Part shown: positions 9,759-19,391 of the stretch, piece by piece
Layout of the letters: every line of letters begins with the position of its first letter
Numbering within the stretch: position 1 is the stretch's first letter
Made by a program: the position numbers and the translations under genes
From: Gemmatimonas sp.
GTDB taxonomy: Bacteria; Gemmatimonadota; Gemmatimonadetes; Gemmatimonadales; Gemmatimonadaceae
Assembly (NCBI GenBank): GCA_031414535.1
Contig: JANNVQ010000049.1
Span: 134,292-198,291, forward strand
DNA length: 64,000 nt
Reading direction: 5' to 3'
The notes under the pieces: model-generated
Seen by the model: only the letters and a program-made list of their open reading frames with translations
What the model was told of the DNA's origin: nothing
Database searches by the model: none

Positions 9759-10598
9759 ATGGTTCCCTCCCCTCGACGCCGGCCTCCGTCGCGCACGGTG
9801 TTGCTGGATCGCGCGATCGAGGCGCTTCCGCTCTTCCGACTCTCTGATAGCTCGGAAGATGTTGCCGTCGCCTGCACCACCGCTGACGGTGGGAGGTGGC
9901 GCGTCCTGCCGACGCCGGGCGAGCGGCTTCCTGGCACCTTCGACCAAGACGTGTACGTCGAGCTAATGCGACGCTTCCAAGAAGCGGAACTGCCCGCGGA
10001 CGGTACACTCTCGTTCACCTTGCACGCGTTTCTGCGATCGATGAGCCGACGCGTGGACGGACGAACCTATGAGCAGCTCCGCGGGGCCCTCGCCCGGCTG
10101 GAACGCACGGTGCTTGAGAGTGACGGCGCTTGGCATGACGCGAGCAGCAACACACGCCCGCAGACACGCTTCACGCTGCTGTCAGCCGTGGCCATTGACC
10201 GCCGACGCTTCACCGACCGCAATCAGCTGGCGCTCTTTCCGGCCCTCGCCAGCAACGAACCAGGCGATGCGCGCGTGACCATCGCGGCGCAACTCCGTGG
10301 AAACATCGCGGCCGGCTACCACATCACGCTTAACGCCCAGATCTACACAGCACTCTCCTCCCCGGTGGCCCGGCGCCTCTATCGCCTGCTTGAGTCCGAA
10401 CGTGCGTCCACCGGCGGCGAGCCCTGGCGGGTGACGCTCGAACATCTCGCCGAACGCCTGCCGCTTACCCAACGCTATCCCTCGCACCTCCAGCGCGTGG
10501 TGCAGCCCGCGCACGAGATGCTGCTCGCCGCGGGTATCGTCCGCGGGGCAAAGTTCCTCCAAGAAGGCAAACTTTGGTTCGTGGAGTACCGCTGGTAA
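9759..10598 (+). CDS. Plasmid-type replication initiator protein A (RepA/RPA)-like winged-helix protein
   Basis: PLFRLS, LPGTFDQDVYVELM, FTLHAFLRSM..DGRTYEQLRGALARL, YTALSSPVARRLYRLLE resemble RPA/Rep-family blocks. Confidence 0.7.
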   Translation: MVPSPRRRPPSRTVLLDRAIEALPLFRLSDSSEDVAVACTTADGGRWRVLPTPGERLPGTFDQDVYVELMRRFQEAELPADGTLSFTLHAFLRSMSRRVDGRTYEQLRGALARLERTVLESDGAWHDASSNTRPQTRFTLLSAVAIDRRRFTDRNQLALFPALASNEPGDARVTIAAQLRGNIAAGYHITLNAQIYTALSSPVARRLYRLLESERASTGGEPWRVTLEHLAERLPLTQRYPSHLQRVVQPAHEMLLAAGIVRGAKFLQEGKLWFVEYRW

Positions 10599-10707
10599 CA
10601 GAGCCCCGCGCAGTGCACCACAATGTCATGGCTTCCTGACGGAACCCAGAGTAGCCCTCGGCGTATTGCCTGTGTACGTTCCGAGACCATTTCGCCCGGG
10701 CTTCCAG

Positions 10708-12372
10708 ATGCTCCGTCGTCGCACAGTCGCAATCCTCGCCGTCCTCGCCCTGCCATTCGCTGCAGGAGCTTTTGTCGTGCAGGAGCGCGCCTCGACAGCC
10801 TCTGCTGCGCTGTTTGACCAAGTGCTCTCGCTCGTTGGCGAGCGCTACGTGGATTCCATCGGGACGCGCGAACTCTACGAACGCGCCGCTCGCGGTCTCG
10901 TCGAAGAGCTCCGCGATCCGTACTCCGAGCTCTACACGCCTGCCCAGCTCGAGGCCTTCAACACCACCACCGGCGGCTTCTACGGTGGCGTGGGCATGCT
11001 GATTGAAGATCAGGAAGGCACCATCATCATCAGTCGCGTCTATCCCCACACACCCGCCGAGGAAGCCGGAATCCGTGAGGGTGACCGCATCGTTGGCGTT
11101 GATACCAGCTCCACGCGCGGCTGGCGGCTCGATCAAGTCTCGGGCGGATTGCGCGGGGCGCCGGGCTCAAAGGTGAAGGCGCGCTTCCAGCGCCCCGGCG
11201 TAGCCCAAGCCTTCGAAGTCGAATTCACGCGCCGTACCATTCGCATTCCCGCCATCCCCTTTGGCTTGTTGCTCGACAAGGAGATTGGCTACATCCCAGT
11301 GCAGCAGTTCAACGAGACCACCACGCGCGAGTTTGCGGAGATCTATCGCCGCCTCACGAGCGAAGGTGCCAAGAGCCTCGTCATTGACCTGCGCGGCAAC
11401 TCCGGCGGCTATCTCGATCAAGCGCTTGAGATGACCAACTTCTTCCTGCCCCGTGGCCGCGAGTTGGCCAGCGTGCGTGGGCGTCAGGGTCAGATTGAGC
11501 GCTACACCTCCGAAGGCACCGCACTCGCACCAAGCATTCCAGTGGTCGTCCTCACCGACGGCTTCTCCGCCTCAGCGTCCGAGATCGTCGCCGGTGCGCT
11601 GCAGGACCACGACCGCGCGCTTATCGTCGGCGTCACCTCGTTCGGCAAGGGACTCGTGCAGTCGGTGTTCCGCCTTGACGGTGGCTACGCCATCAAGCTC
11701 ACCACCGGCAAGTGGTACACGCCAAGCGGGCGCTCCATCCAAAAGGAGCGCGTGCTCGACGAGAACGGCCGCCTTGTAGAAGTCGCGCCCGACTCCGGCA
11801 GCGAGTCCGACAGCGCGCGCGCCGCGCGTCCCATTTTCCGCTCCACCGGTGGACGCCCCGTGTACGGCGGTGGCGCCATCACACCTGACGTCGTGGTGCC
11901 GTACGACACGATGTCCACGGCTGAACTCCGCCTCGCACGCGCACTCGTGCCACGGTCACAGGATGTGTACCTCGCGCTCTACGATTACGCCTTCGGCTTG
12001 AAGGATCAGGTCAGTGCCGACTTCGAGGTTACCACGGCCATGCGCGACGGGTTCCGCCAGCGCTTGGAGGCGAAGGGCGTCACCATCGACCGCGCCGAGT
12101 GGGACGCGGGACGCGCATACGTGGAACGCCTGCTCGACAACCGCATTTCACGCTTGGCCTTCGGCGACTCCACGGCCAAGCGCCGTGAGATTCCGCAAGA
12201 TCTTCAGCTGCTTCGCGCAATGGATCTCCTCCGCCGCTCACGCACCACGGCGGAACTGCTCGCGCTCGCCCCGACGCCGACCACCGCCACCGCGCAGGGC
12301 GCTGATTCCGTGCGCGGACGCTCGGCCGTGCGCGCGGGCACCCCGGCGCCGGCCATCCGGCGCCCTAAGTAA
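10708..12372 (+). CDS. S41 C-terminal processing peptidase (CtpA/Prc-like)
   Basis: DPYS, PDZ (TPAEEAGIREGD), DLRGNSGG, SASASEIVAGALQD, SFGKGLVQ, YTPSGRSIQ. Confidence 0.95.
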   Translation: MLRRRTVAILAVLALPFAAGAFVVQERASTASAALFDQVLSLVGERYVDSIGTRELYERAARGLVEELRDPYSELYTPAQLEAFNTTTGGFYGGVGMLIEDQEGTIIISRVYPHTPAEEAGIREGDRIVGVDTSSTRGWRLDQVSGGLRGAPGSKVKARFQRPGVAQAFEVEFTRRTIRIPAIPFGLLLDKEIGYIPVQQFNETTTREFAEIYRRLTSEGAKSLVIDLRGNSGGYLDQALEMTNFFLPRGRELASVRGRQGQIERYTSEGTALAPSIPVVVLTDGFSASASEIVAGALQDHDRALIVGVTSFGKGLVQSVFRLDGGYAIKLTTGKWYTPSGRSIQKERVLDENGRLVEVAPDSGSESDSARAARPIFRSTGGRPVYGGGAITPDVVVPYDTMSTAELRLARALVPRSQDVYLALYDYAFGLKDQVSADFEVTTAMRDGFRQRLEAKGVTIDRAEWDAGRAYVERLLDNRISRLAFGDSTAKRREIPQDLQLLRAMDLLRRSRTTAELLALAPTPTTATAQGADSVRGRSAVRAGTPAPAIRRPK

Positions 12373-12397
12373 TCACCGCTTCACCCAACCATTTCCG

Positions 12398-13453
12398 ATG
12401 TACAAGCGAATCCTGATCGCCGCCGCGCTCGTGAGCGCGGCGGCCTGCGAACGCTCTCCAATCGTGGCCCGCACGCCGGAACCACAGGAAGGCCGCCTCT
12501 CCAACCTCCGCCAAATCACCTTCGGTGGCGAAAACGCCGAAGCGTATTGGAGCCCCGACGGTGACTGGATCACCTTCCAGTCCACCCGCGACGGCCGCAC
12601 CTGCGACCAGCAGTACGTGATCCGCGCCAATGGCACGGACATGCGCCGCATCTCCGATGGCCGCGGCAAGACCACCTGCGGCTGGTTCTTCCCGGGCGGC
12701 GAGCGCCTGTTCTACGCATCCTCGACGGCGCACGACTCCAGCTGCCCCGTGAAGCCCGATCCTTCCCAGGGCTACGTGTGGCCGCTCGACCGCTACGACA
12801 TCTACACGTCAAACCGCGACGGCTCCGACGTGCGTCGTCTCACCAACTACGACGTGTACACGGCCGAGGGCATCCTCTCGCCCGACGGGAAGAAGATTGT
12901 CTTCACGTCGCTCAAGGACGGCGATCTCGAGATCTACACGATGAACGCCGACGGCACCGACGTGCGCCGGCTCACCACGACTCCGGGATACGACGGTGGC
13001 CCTTGGTGGTCCCCCGACGGCACCAAGATCGTGTACCGCGCGCACCATCCGCGTGATTCCACGGAGCTCGCGCAGTATCGCAGCCTGCTCGCGCAAGGCC
13101 TGATTCGCCCGAGCAAGGTCGAACTCTTCGTGATGAACGCCGATGGCAGCAACCAGCGCCAAGTCACGGCGCTCGGCGGCGCCAATTTCGGCCCCTCGTG
13201 GAGCCCAGACGGCAGGAAGATCATCTTCTCCACCAACTTCGTGGCGCCACGCTCGGGCAACTTCGACCTCTACCTCGTAGATGCCAACGCCTCGATGGCC
13301 GGCCCGGGTGATCTCGAGCAGGTTACCTTCCAGGGCACCTTCGACGGATTCCCCATGTTCCATCCCAACGGCAAGCAACTGCTCTGGGCGAGCAACCGAC
13401 ACGCCGCCAAGACGGGCGAAACCAACCTCTTCGTTGCCGATTTCCGATGGTAG
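12398..13453 (+). CDS. TolB-like PD40 beta-propeller lipoprotein
   Basis: Lipobox SAAAC; repeated WSPDG..IVF and IYTMNADGT..RRLT. Confidence 0.9.
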   Translation: MYKRILIAAALVSAAACERSPIVARTPEPQEGRLSNLRQITFGGENAEAYWSPDGDWITFQSTRDGRTCDQQYVIRANGTDMRRISDGRGKTTCGWFFPGGERLFYASSTAHDSSCPVKPDPSQGYVWPLDRYDIYTSNRDGSDVRRLTNYDVYTAEGILSPDGKKIVFTSLKDGDLEIYTMNADGTDVRRLTTTPGYDGGPWWSPDGTKIVYRAHHPRDSTELAQYRSLLAQGLIRPSKVELFVMNADGSNQRQVTALGGANFGPSWSPDGRKIIFSTNFVAPRSGNFDLYLVDANASMAGPGDLEQVTFQGTFDGFPMFHPNGKQLLWASNRHAAKTGETNLFVADFRW

Positions 13454-13483
13454 ATTTCTAGGGTCTCTCCCCGGAGGAGTCCC

Positions 13484-14515
13484 TTGGAAGTCGTGTTTGG
13501 TGTCATCCTGATTGGCCTCGGCATCGTGCTCGCCAAGAGCATTCGCATCATTGGGCAAGCCGAGGTGATGGTCGTCGAGCGGCTGGGGCGGTTCAACCGC
13601 CTCGCCCGCTCCGGCCTCAACATCCTGATTCCTTTCGTTGAGCGGCCCCGCACGATCGACGTCCGCTACTTCGAGAGCGACGTCTCCGGCCTCAAAAAGA
13701 TGACGGCGAGCAGCACCGCGCGCATCGATTTGCGCGAGCAGGTGCTGAACTTCCCTTCGCAGCCTGTCATCACCAAGGACAACGTCACCATCGACATCGA
13801 TGCCGTGATGTACTACCGCGTTGCCGATCCGCAGAAGGCGACCTACGCGGTGCAGAACCTCCCGTACGCGCTCGAAACGCTGACGCGCACCACGTTGCGC
13901 AACATCGTCGGCGACATCGAGCTCGACCAGACGCTCGCTTCACGCGACATGATCAACCGTCGCATGCGCGAAGTCATCGAGGAAGCGTCCATCGGTTGGG
14001 GCGTGGATGTGACGCGCGTGGAATTGCAGAGCATCGAACCGCCGCGCGACATTCAGCAGTCCATGGAACTGCAGATGCGCGCCGAGCGTGAGCGTCGTGC
14101 CGCCGTCACAAATGCCGAAGCGTCCAAGCGCGCGGCCATTCTCGAGTCCGAAGGCCAAAAGGAAGCACAGATCCGGAAGGCTGAAGGTGAAAAGGGTGCC
14201 GCGATTCTACGCGCCGAGGGTCTCGCGACTGCACGGTTGGCCATGGCTGACGCCGAGGCGGAGGCCGTGAAGCGCATCGCCGGCGCACTGCCGCCTGGCG
14301 AGGCCGCGACCTATCTGCTCGGCCTCAAGTACATCGAGGCATTGCCGCAGATTGCGCAGGGCAAGGGCACGAGCATCTTCCTGCCCAGCGAGGCCACCGG
14401 TGTGCTTGGGGCTATTGGCGGCATCAAGGAGATGCTCCGCGGTAGCGGTGGCATCGCAGGGCAGGAGCGCGCACCGCTCTTGGGCGCCGGTCCGCTGGAT
14501 CACACGGACAAATAG
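13484..14515 (+). CDS. SPFH/band-7 (QmcA/paraslipin-like) membrane protein
   Basis: GGAGG RBS, TTG start; VVERLGRF, QPVITKDNV, QMRAERERRA, AILRAEG. Confidence 0.93.
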   Translation: MEVVFGVILIGLGIVLAKSIRIIGQAEVMVVERLGRFNRLARSGLNILIPFVERPRTIDVRYFESDVSGLKKMTASSTARIDLREQVLNFPSQPVITKDNVTIDIDAVMYYRVADPQKATYAVQNLPYALETLTRTTLRNIVGDIELDQTLASRDMINRRMREVIEEASIGWGVDVTRVELQSIEPPRDIQQSMELQMRAERERRAAVTNAEASKRAAILESEGQKEAQIRKAEGEKGAAILRAEGLATARLAMADAEAEAVKRIAGALPPGEAATYLLGLKYIEALPQIAQGKGTSIFLPSEATGVLGAIGGIKEMLRGSGGIAGQERAPLLGAGPLDHTDK

Positions 14516-14736
14516 TGGCCAAGCTTTCTAAAGAGCGGGCGGAGCGTATTGCTAGAGGGCACGCCTGCTCGCACTGCAAGGAATACACGTACCGACGCCT
14601 CACCGTGAAGGCGGCTACCGCCGCCATCACCGAGGAGTTGGGCGCCGTGTGGATTGCCACCAAGACCTGCGGGGTTTGCGACTACAAGGAAGAAATTGGT
14701 ATCGCTGAGGATGGCGATGTGGTGTATTCTGGCTGA
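14515..14736 (+). CDS. Small CxxC/CxxC zinc-ribbon protein
   Basis: CSHC...CGVC; start and stop overlap both neighbours by 1 nt. Confidence 0.75.
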   Translation: MAKLSKERAERIARGHACSHCKEYTYRRLTVKAATAAITEELGAVWIATKTCGVCDYKEEIGIAEDGDVVYSG

Positions 14737-15719
14737 TGGCACGCATAGACATCCCCAAGCTCGCGGTCGGCGATCGCGTGCAGCACGAACTCCTCGTGCG
14801 CGAACGTGAGGACCGCACCACCAAGTCCGGCGATCCCTACATCGTACTCAAGCTCGGCAACGCCACCGGCGTGCTCAGCGCGAATGTGTGGAAGGAGCAG
14901 GTGCCGTTGGTGCAAGGTGTGCGCGCAGGCCAGGTGGTGCAGACCATCGGCGTGATCGAGGAGTATCAAGGGCGTCGTCAGCTCAAGCTCACCGCCCCTC
15001 CGCGCGTGGTTCCGGCGGGCGCCGCGACGATCGAAGAGTTCTTGCCGCGCATCACCCAACCAGAATCCGAACTGTGGAACAAGGTGGACGCGTGGCGCGC
15101 CGAGATGCGCGGCTCGCTCCGGCGCGCGATTGACCTGTTCTTTGCTGACGAGAGCTTCCGTGCCGATTTTGCGCGCACGCCAGGGGCTACGCGCGGACAT
15201 CACGCCGTGGTCGGTGGCTTGCTGCTGCATTCCTGTGAAGTCGCGGAGATCGCCCGTGCGTCGGCGAAGACAATGGGCGGCAACGTCACGCTGGTTACTG
15301 CAGGCGCGTTGCTGCATGACATCGGCAAGACGCAGGCGTATTCCGTGGACCTCGCTGGCTTCGATTTCACGCGCGCCGGCATGTTGCTTGGGCACATTGT
15401 GCTGGGCTCGCTCATGCTCGACGAACGCCTCGCCACGTTAAAGGTCAGCGAGCGCTTAACCGATGAGCAACGCCTAGAGCTCCACCACTTCATCCAGTCG
15501 CATCACGGCGTCCCCGAGTGGGGTGCCGCGGTGCGTCCGATGACGATGGAAGCCGAGATCTTGTTCTTCGCCGACAACACGTCCGCCAAGAGCAACGACT
15601 TCAACGAGGCCATGGAAGACAGCGAGCTGTTTCCGAACGCGGAGCAGGAATTCTCGGCCAAGCGGAGTTGGCGTCTTGAGCGTCGTGTCTGGAAGCGTCA
15701 CCACAAATGGGATTTATGA
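14736..15719 (+). CDS. YhaM/Cbf1-like OB-fold plus HD-domain 3'-5' exoribonuclease
   Basis: OB fold (TTKSGDPY..L..ATG..ANVW), HHAVVGGLLLHS, LLHDIGK, LLGHI, SHHG, RPMTMEAEIL..AD. Confidence 0.88.
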   Translation: MARIDIPKLAVGDRVQHELLVREREDRTTKSGDPYIVLKLGNATGVLSANVWKEQVPLVQGVRAGQVVQTIGVIEEYQGRRQLKLTAPPRVVPAGAATIEEFLPRITQPESELWNKVDAWRAEMRGSLRRAIDLFFADESFRADFARTPGATRGHHAVVGGLLLHSCEVAEIARASAKTMGGNVTLVTAGALLHDIGKTQAYSVDLAGFDFTRAGMLLGHIVLGSLMLDERLATLKVSERLTDEQRLELHHFIQSHHGVPEWGAAVRPMTMEAEILFFADNTSAKSNDFNEAMEDSELFPNAEQEFSAKRSWRLERRVWKRHHKWDL

Positions 15720-17239
15720 CCACGATCCGGCAGGACGACTTCATCCAGTCCATCGCGGACGCTCTTCAGCACATCTCGTACTACCATCCACTGGACTACA
15801 TCCGTGCGCTCGCCGATGCCTACGAGCTTGAGCAGGGGCCGGCCGCTAAAGATGCCATCGCGCAGATCCTGACGAATTCTCGGATGTGCGCCGAGGGTCA
15901 CCGCCCCATCTGCCAAGACACCGGCATCGTGGTGGTCTTCCTCAAGATCGGCATGGACGTGCACTGGGATGCCAAGCTCTCGATCCAAGAGATGGTGAAC
16001 GAAGGCGTGCGCCGTGCCTACCTGCACCCCGACAATACGCTGCGTGCGTCCATCGTGTCGGACCCTGCGTTCTCACGCAAGAATACGCGCGACAACACGC
16101 CGGCCGTCGTTCACTACGAGATCGTCCCCGGTCATCATGTGGAAGTGAAGCTCGCCGCCAAGGGTGGTGGCTCCGAGAACAAGTCTAAGTTCGCCATGCT
16201 CAATCCCAGCGATTCCGTTGTGGACTGGGTGATGAAGACCGTTCCGACCATGGGCGCGGGCTGGTGCCCGCCAGGCATGCTTGGCATTGGCATCGGTGGG
16301 ACGGCGGAGAAAGCGATGGTGATGGCCAAAGAGTCGTTGATGGAGCCGATTGACATGGCGCAGCTCAAGAAGCGCGGCCCCGAGAACAAGCTCGAGGAAC
16401 TGCGCATCGAACTCTGCGACAAGATCAACGCGCTTGGCATCGGCGCGCAGGGACTCGGCGGGCTCTCCACCGTGCTCGACGTGAAAATTTGGGATTATCC
16501 CACACACGCGGCGTCCAAGCCCATCGCGCTGATCCCGAATTGCGCGGCCACGCGGCACGCGCACTTCCATCTCGATGGCTCCGGCGTCGCCAAGTTGCCC
16601 GTGCCGTCGCTCGCCGATTGGCCAAACGTCACCTGGGCGCCAGATGTCAACGCGAAGCGGGTTGATCTCGACGCGCTCACGCCGGAAATCGTCGCATCCT
16701 GGAAGGCAGGCGATCGCTTGCTGCTCAACGGCAAGCTCCTCACGGGGCGCGACGCCGCACACAAGCGCATCGCCGACATCTTCGCCAAGGGCGAAAAGCT
16801 GCCCAGTGGAGTGGATTTCACCAACCGCGTCATCTACTACGTTGGTCCCGTAGATCCCGTACGCGACGAGGCTGTAGGTCCGGCTGGACCGACGACGGCC
16901 ACGCGCATGGACAAGTTCACCGAGATGATGCTCGCGCAAACTGGCCTCATCGCCATGATTGGCAAGGCCGAGCGAGGTCCAGCCGGGCTAGAGGCCATTC
17001 GCAAGCATCGGGCGGCGTATTTGATGGCCGTCGGCGGAGCAGCATACCTCGTGTCCAAGGCTATTCGCTCCTCGCGCGTCGTTGCGTTTGAAGATCTCGG
17101 CATGGAAGCCATCTACGAGTTCGAGGTCGAGGAAATGCCGGTGACCGTCGCGGTGGACTCTGCCGGCAACAACGTGCACGAGTCGGGGCCGAAGGAATGG
17201 GCGGAGCGCATCCGGAACCTTCCGGTCTTGCAGTCGTAG
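15716..17239 (+). CDS. Class I (Fe-S) fumarate hydratase
   Basis: PICQDTG, KGGGSENK, GAGWCPPG, PNCAATRH, GRDAAHKR, GPTTATRMD; ATGA overlap. Confidence 0.96.
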   Translation: MTTIRQDDFIQSIADALQHISYYHPLDYIRALADAYELEQGPAAKDAIAQILTNSRMCAEGHRPICQDTGIVVVFLKIGMDVHWDAKLSIQEMVNEGVRRAYLHPDNTLRASIVSDPAFSRKNTRDNTPAVVHYEIVPGHHVEVKLAAKGGGSENKSKFAMLNPSDSVVDWVMKTVPTMGAGWCPPGMLGIGIGGTAEKAMVMAKESLMEPIDMAQLKKRGPENKLEELRIELCDKINALGIGAQGLGGLSTVLDVKIWDYPTHAASKPIALIPNCAATRHAHFHLDGSGVAKLPVPSLADWPNVTWAPDVNAKRVDLDALTPEIVASWKAGDRLLLNGKLLTGRDAAHKRIADIFAKGEKLPSGVDFTNRVIYYVGPVDPVRDEAVGPAGPTTATRMDKFTEMMLAQTGLIAMIGKAERGPAGLEAIRKHRAAYLMAVGGAAYLVSKAIRSSRVVAFEDLGMEAIYEFEVEEMPVTVAVDSAGNNVHESGPKEWAERIRNLPVLQS

Positions 17240-18045
17240 TGAAAACTGTGATTCGCCACCTCCTCGTCGCTGCTAGCCTTCTGTGCGCAACCGTTCCATC
17301 GCTTCGCGCACAGGAGCCCCTGTTTCCCGCACGGCCTATTGGCTTCGTCAGTGACTTTGCGGATGTCCTCGCGCCAGATGCTGAGGCGCGCATGCTACGC
17401 CTCATCGAGACCGTGCAAGCCGGTTCGCAGGGTGAAATCGCCATCGTCACGCTGCGCGACATTGGCGCGCGCGAGGCCGGTGACATCGCGCTACAGATTG
17501 GCCGTGCGTGGGGCGTTGGCGCCCGCTCCAGCATCGGCGATCGCACACGCAATGCTGGCATCGTCGTACTGCTTATTCCCAAGGAGACGGCCAGCGACGG
17601 CAGCGGGCAGATCTACATCGCCGTGGGCCAAGGGGCGGAAGGATTCATCACCGATGCCATCGCCGGAGACATCCGTCGAGAGGCCACACCCCTCCTCGCT
17701 CAAGGCGCGTACGGTGAAGGACTCGCGCTCATTACCGCGCGGCTTTCCGAGCGGTACGCGGCTGAGTTCGGTTTCGCGCTCGACTCCACGCTCGTGCCGC
17801 CCAAGCGGGCTGCGCGTCGAACCCGCATTCCCCCAGGCGCCATCATCATCGCAATCTTCATCCTCATCTCGATCATCAACTCGGGACGCGGTGGACGGGG
17901 AGGTCGCGGGGGACGTGGCGGACTGATTCTGCCGTTTCCGATGGGTGGTGGCGGGTTCGGTGGCGGAGGCTTCGGTGGTGGCGGATTCGGTGGATTCGGT
18001 GGCGGTGGTGGCTTCTCTGGCGGTGGTTCAGGAGGAAGGTTCTAG
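17239..18045 (+). CDS. TPM-domain membrane protein with a Gly-rich tail (YgcG-like)
   Basis: GFVSDFADVL, EIAIVT, WGVG, IAVGQGAEGFITD, TM, GGFGGG...GGGSGGRF. Confidence 0.92.
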   Translation: MKTVIRHLLVAASLLCATVPSLRAQEPLFPARPIGFVSDFADVLAPDAEARMLRLIETVQAGSQGEIAIVTLRDIGAREAGDIALQIGRAWGVGARSSIGDRTRNAGIVVLLIPKETASDGSGQIYIAVGQGAEGFITDAIAGDIRREATPLLAQGAYGEGLALITARLSERYAAEFGFALDSTLVPPKRAARRTRIPPGAIIIAIFILISIINSGRGGRGGRGGRGGLILPFPMGGGGFGGGGFGGGGFGGFGGGGGFSGGGSGGRF

Positions 18046-18777
18046 ATGAGCAAGATGACCGTTCAGGAGTTCGCAACGCAGCTCGCCGCCGATTTCGCCG
18101 GCGAGTGCCGAGCCGTCGTGGTGTATGGGTCGGGCGCCACGGCCAGCGCGCCAGAGAAAGGCTCGGATTTGAATTTGCTCGTGATTGTGAAGTCCTTGCC
18201 TCCCGACTCCCTGCAGCGAGCCGCACCGACCGTGCGCCGCTGGCAGGAGGCGGGCCATCGCGCACCACTCATCCTCACGGAAGCGGAGTGGCGTTCCAGC
18301 CGTGACGTGTTCGCCATGGAGCACGCCGACATCTTGGCGCGTCACCACGTGCTGCACGGCGCGCTACCGGCGCTACCGGCCGTGGCTATTGACGACCTGC
18401 GCCATCAACTCGAGTACGAGGCCTTGGGCGCCTTGCTACACGTGCGGCGCGGGATGCTCGCGGTTGGTGCAGATCCCCTGCGTTGCCTCGAACTCCTTGT
18501 CAGTGCCAAGGGTACCGTACTCGCCTTGCTGCGCTCGCTGCTGCGCGTACACGGCGACCCCGTGCCGGACGACGCGCTCGAGGTGCTCCGGGCTGCCACT
18601 GCGCGCAGCGGTGTGGCCACCGGGCCGCTCGAGGAAATACTCGCCCACACCAAGGGCCAGCGTTCTATCCCGCCCGCTCGTGCCGCCGAGGTATTGAGTG
18701 GGGTGCACGTCGCACTGAAGCAACTCGTGGCGCACGTGGACTCGATGCTGCATCCCGATGCTCCCGCAATCGACTGA
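18046..18777 (+). CDS. Nucleotidyltransferase-fold protein
   Basis: VVVYGS..x..SDLNLLVIV, PLILTEAEW..S.DVFAME..DI...H.VLHG. Confidence 0.75.
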   Translation: MSKMTVQEFATQLAADFAGECRAVVVYGSGATASAPEKGSDLNLLVIVKSLPPDSLQRAAPTVRRWQEAGHRAPLILTEAEWRSSRDVFAMEHADILARHHVLHGALPALPAVAIDDLRHQLEYEALGALLHVRRGMLAVGADPLRCLELLVSAKGTVLALLRSLLRVHGDPVPDDALEVLRAATARSGVATGPLEEILAHTKGQRSIPPARAAEVLSGVHVALKQLVAHVDSMLHPDAPAID

Positions 18778-18836
18778 CACCGGCCATCTGCCGGTACGTA
18801 TTGAAACTGAAAGCTGACCCTCTCACGGAGTTTGCA

Positions 18837-19391
18837 ATGAAGGCCAAGTGGTTTGCTCCCCTCGTTGTCCTGTTTTTTACCGCCTGCGGCTACAACTCTA
18901 TCCAGTCTATGGACGAGACCGCCGCGGCTGCCCAGCAGCAGATTGAAGTGCAATTGCAGCGGCGTGCCGATCTCGTGCCCAACCTTGTCGAGACCGTGAA
19001 GGGCTACGCGTCCCAGGAAGAGCGTATCTTCACCGAAGTCGCCCAGGCTCGCTCGGCGCTACTTGGCGCACGCACCGGCGGCAACCTCGGCGAGATGGCG
19101 AATGCCAATCAGGAACTCACAGGATCGCTCGGCCGTCTGCTCGCAATCTCCGAGAACTATCCGCAGTTAAAGAGCGATCAGACCTTCCTGCGTCTGCAAG
19201 ATGAGTTGACGGGAACGGAAAATCGCATTGCGGTCTCGCGCACCGACTACAACAACGCCGTGCGTGATTACAACGCGTACATCCGGCGCTTTCCGGCGGT
19301 GCTAACCGCCAAGGTTACGGGCGCCAAGTCGCGCGAGTACTTCGAAGTGACCAACGCCGCCAACCGCGAAGCACCCAAGGTGACGTTCTAA
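18837..19391 (+). CDS. lemA: LemA-family protein
   Basis: CGYN, QRRADLVPNLVETVKGYA, ENYPQLKS, ENRIAVSR.DYN. Confidence 0.95.
   Translation: MKAKWFAPLVVLFFTACGYNSIQSMDETAAAAQQQIEVQLQRRADLVPNLVETVKGYASQEERIFTEVAQARSALLGARTGGNLGEMANANQELTGSLGRLLAISENYPQLKSDQTFLRLQDELTGTENRIAVSRTDYNNAVRDYNAYIRRFPAVLTAKVTGAKSREYFEVTNAANREAPKVTF

Noticed and set aside
9745..10627. 7-bp inverted pair GACATTG/CAATGTC flanking the repA-like gene as possible element ends
   Set aside because: Too short, no target duplication and no recombinase; compatible with chance.
17890..18040. GGTGGCGG-type repeats
   Set aside because: They encode the normal Gly-rich TPM tail; not CRISPR or a VNTR.
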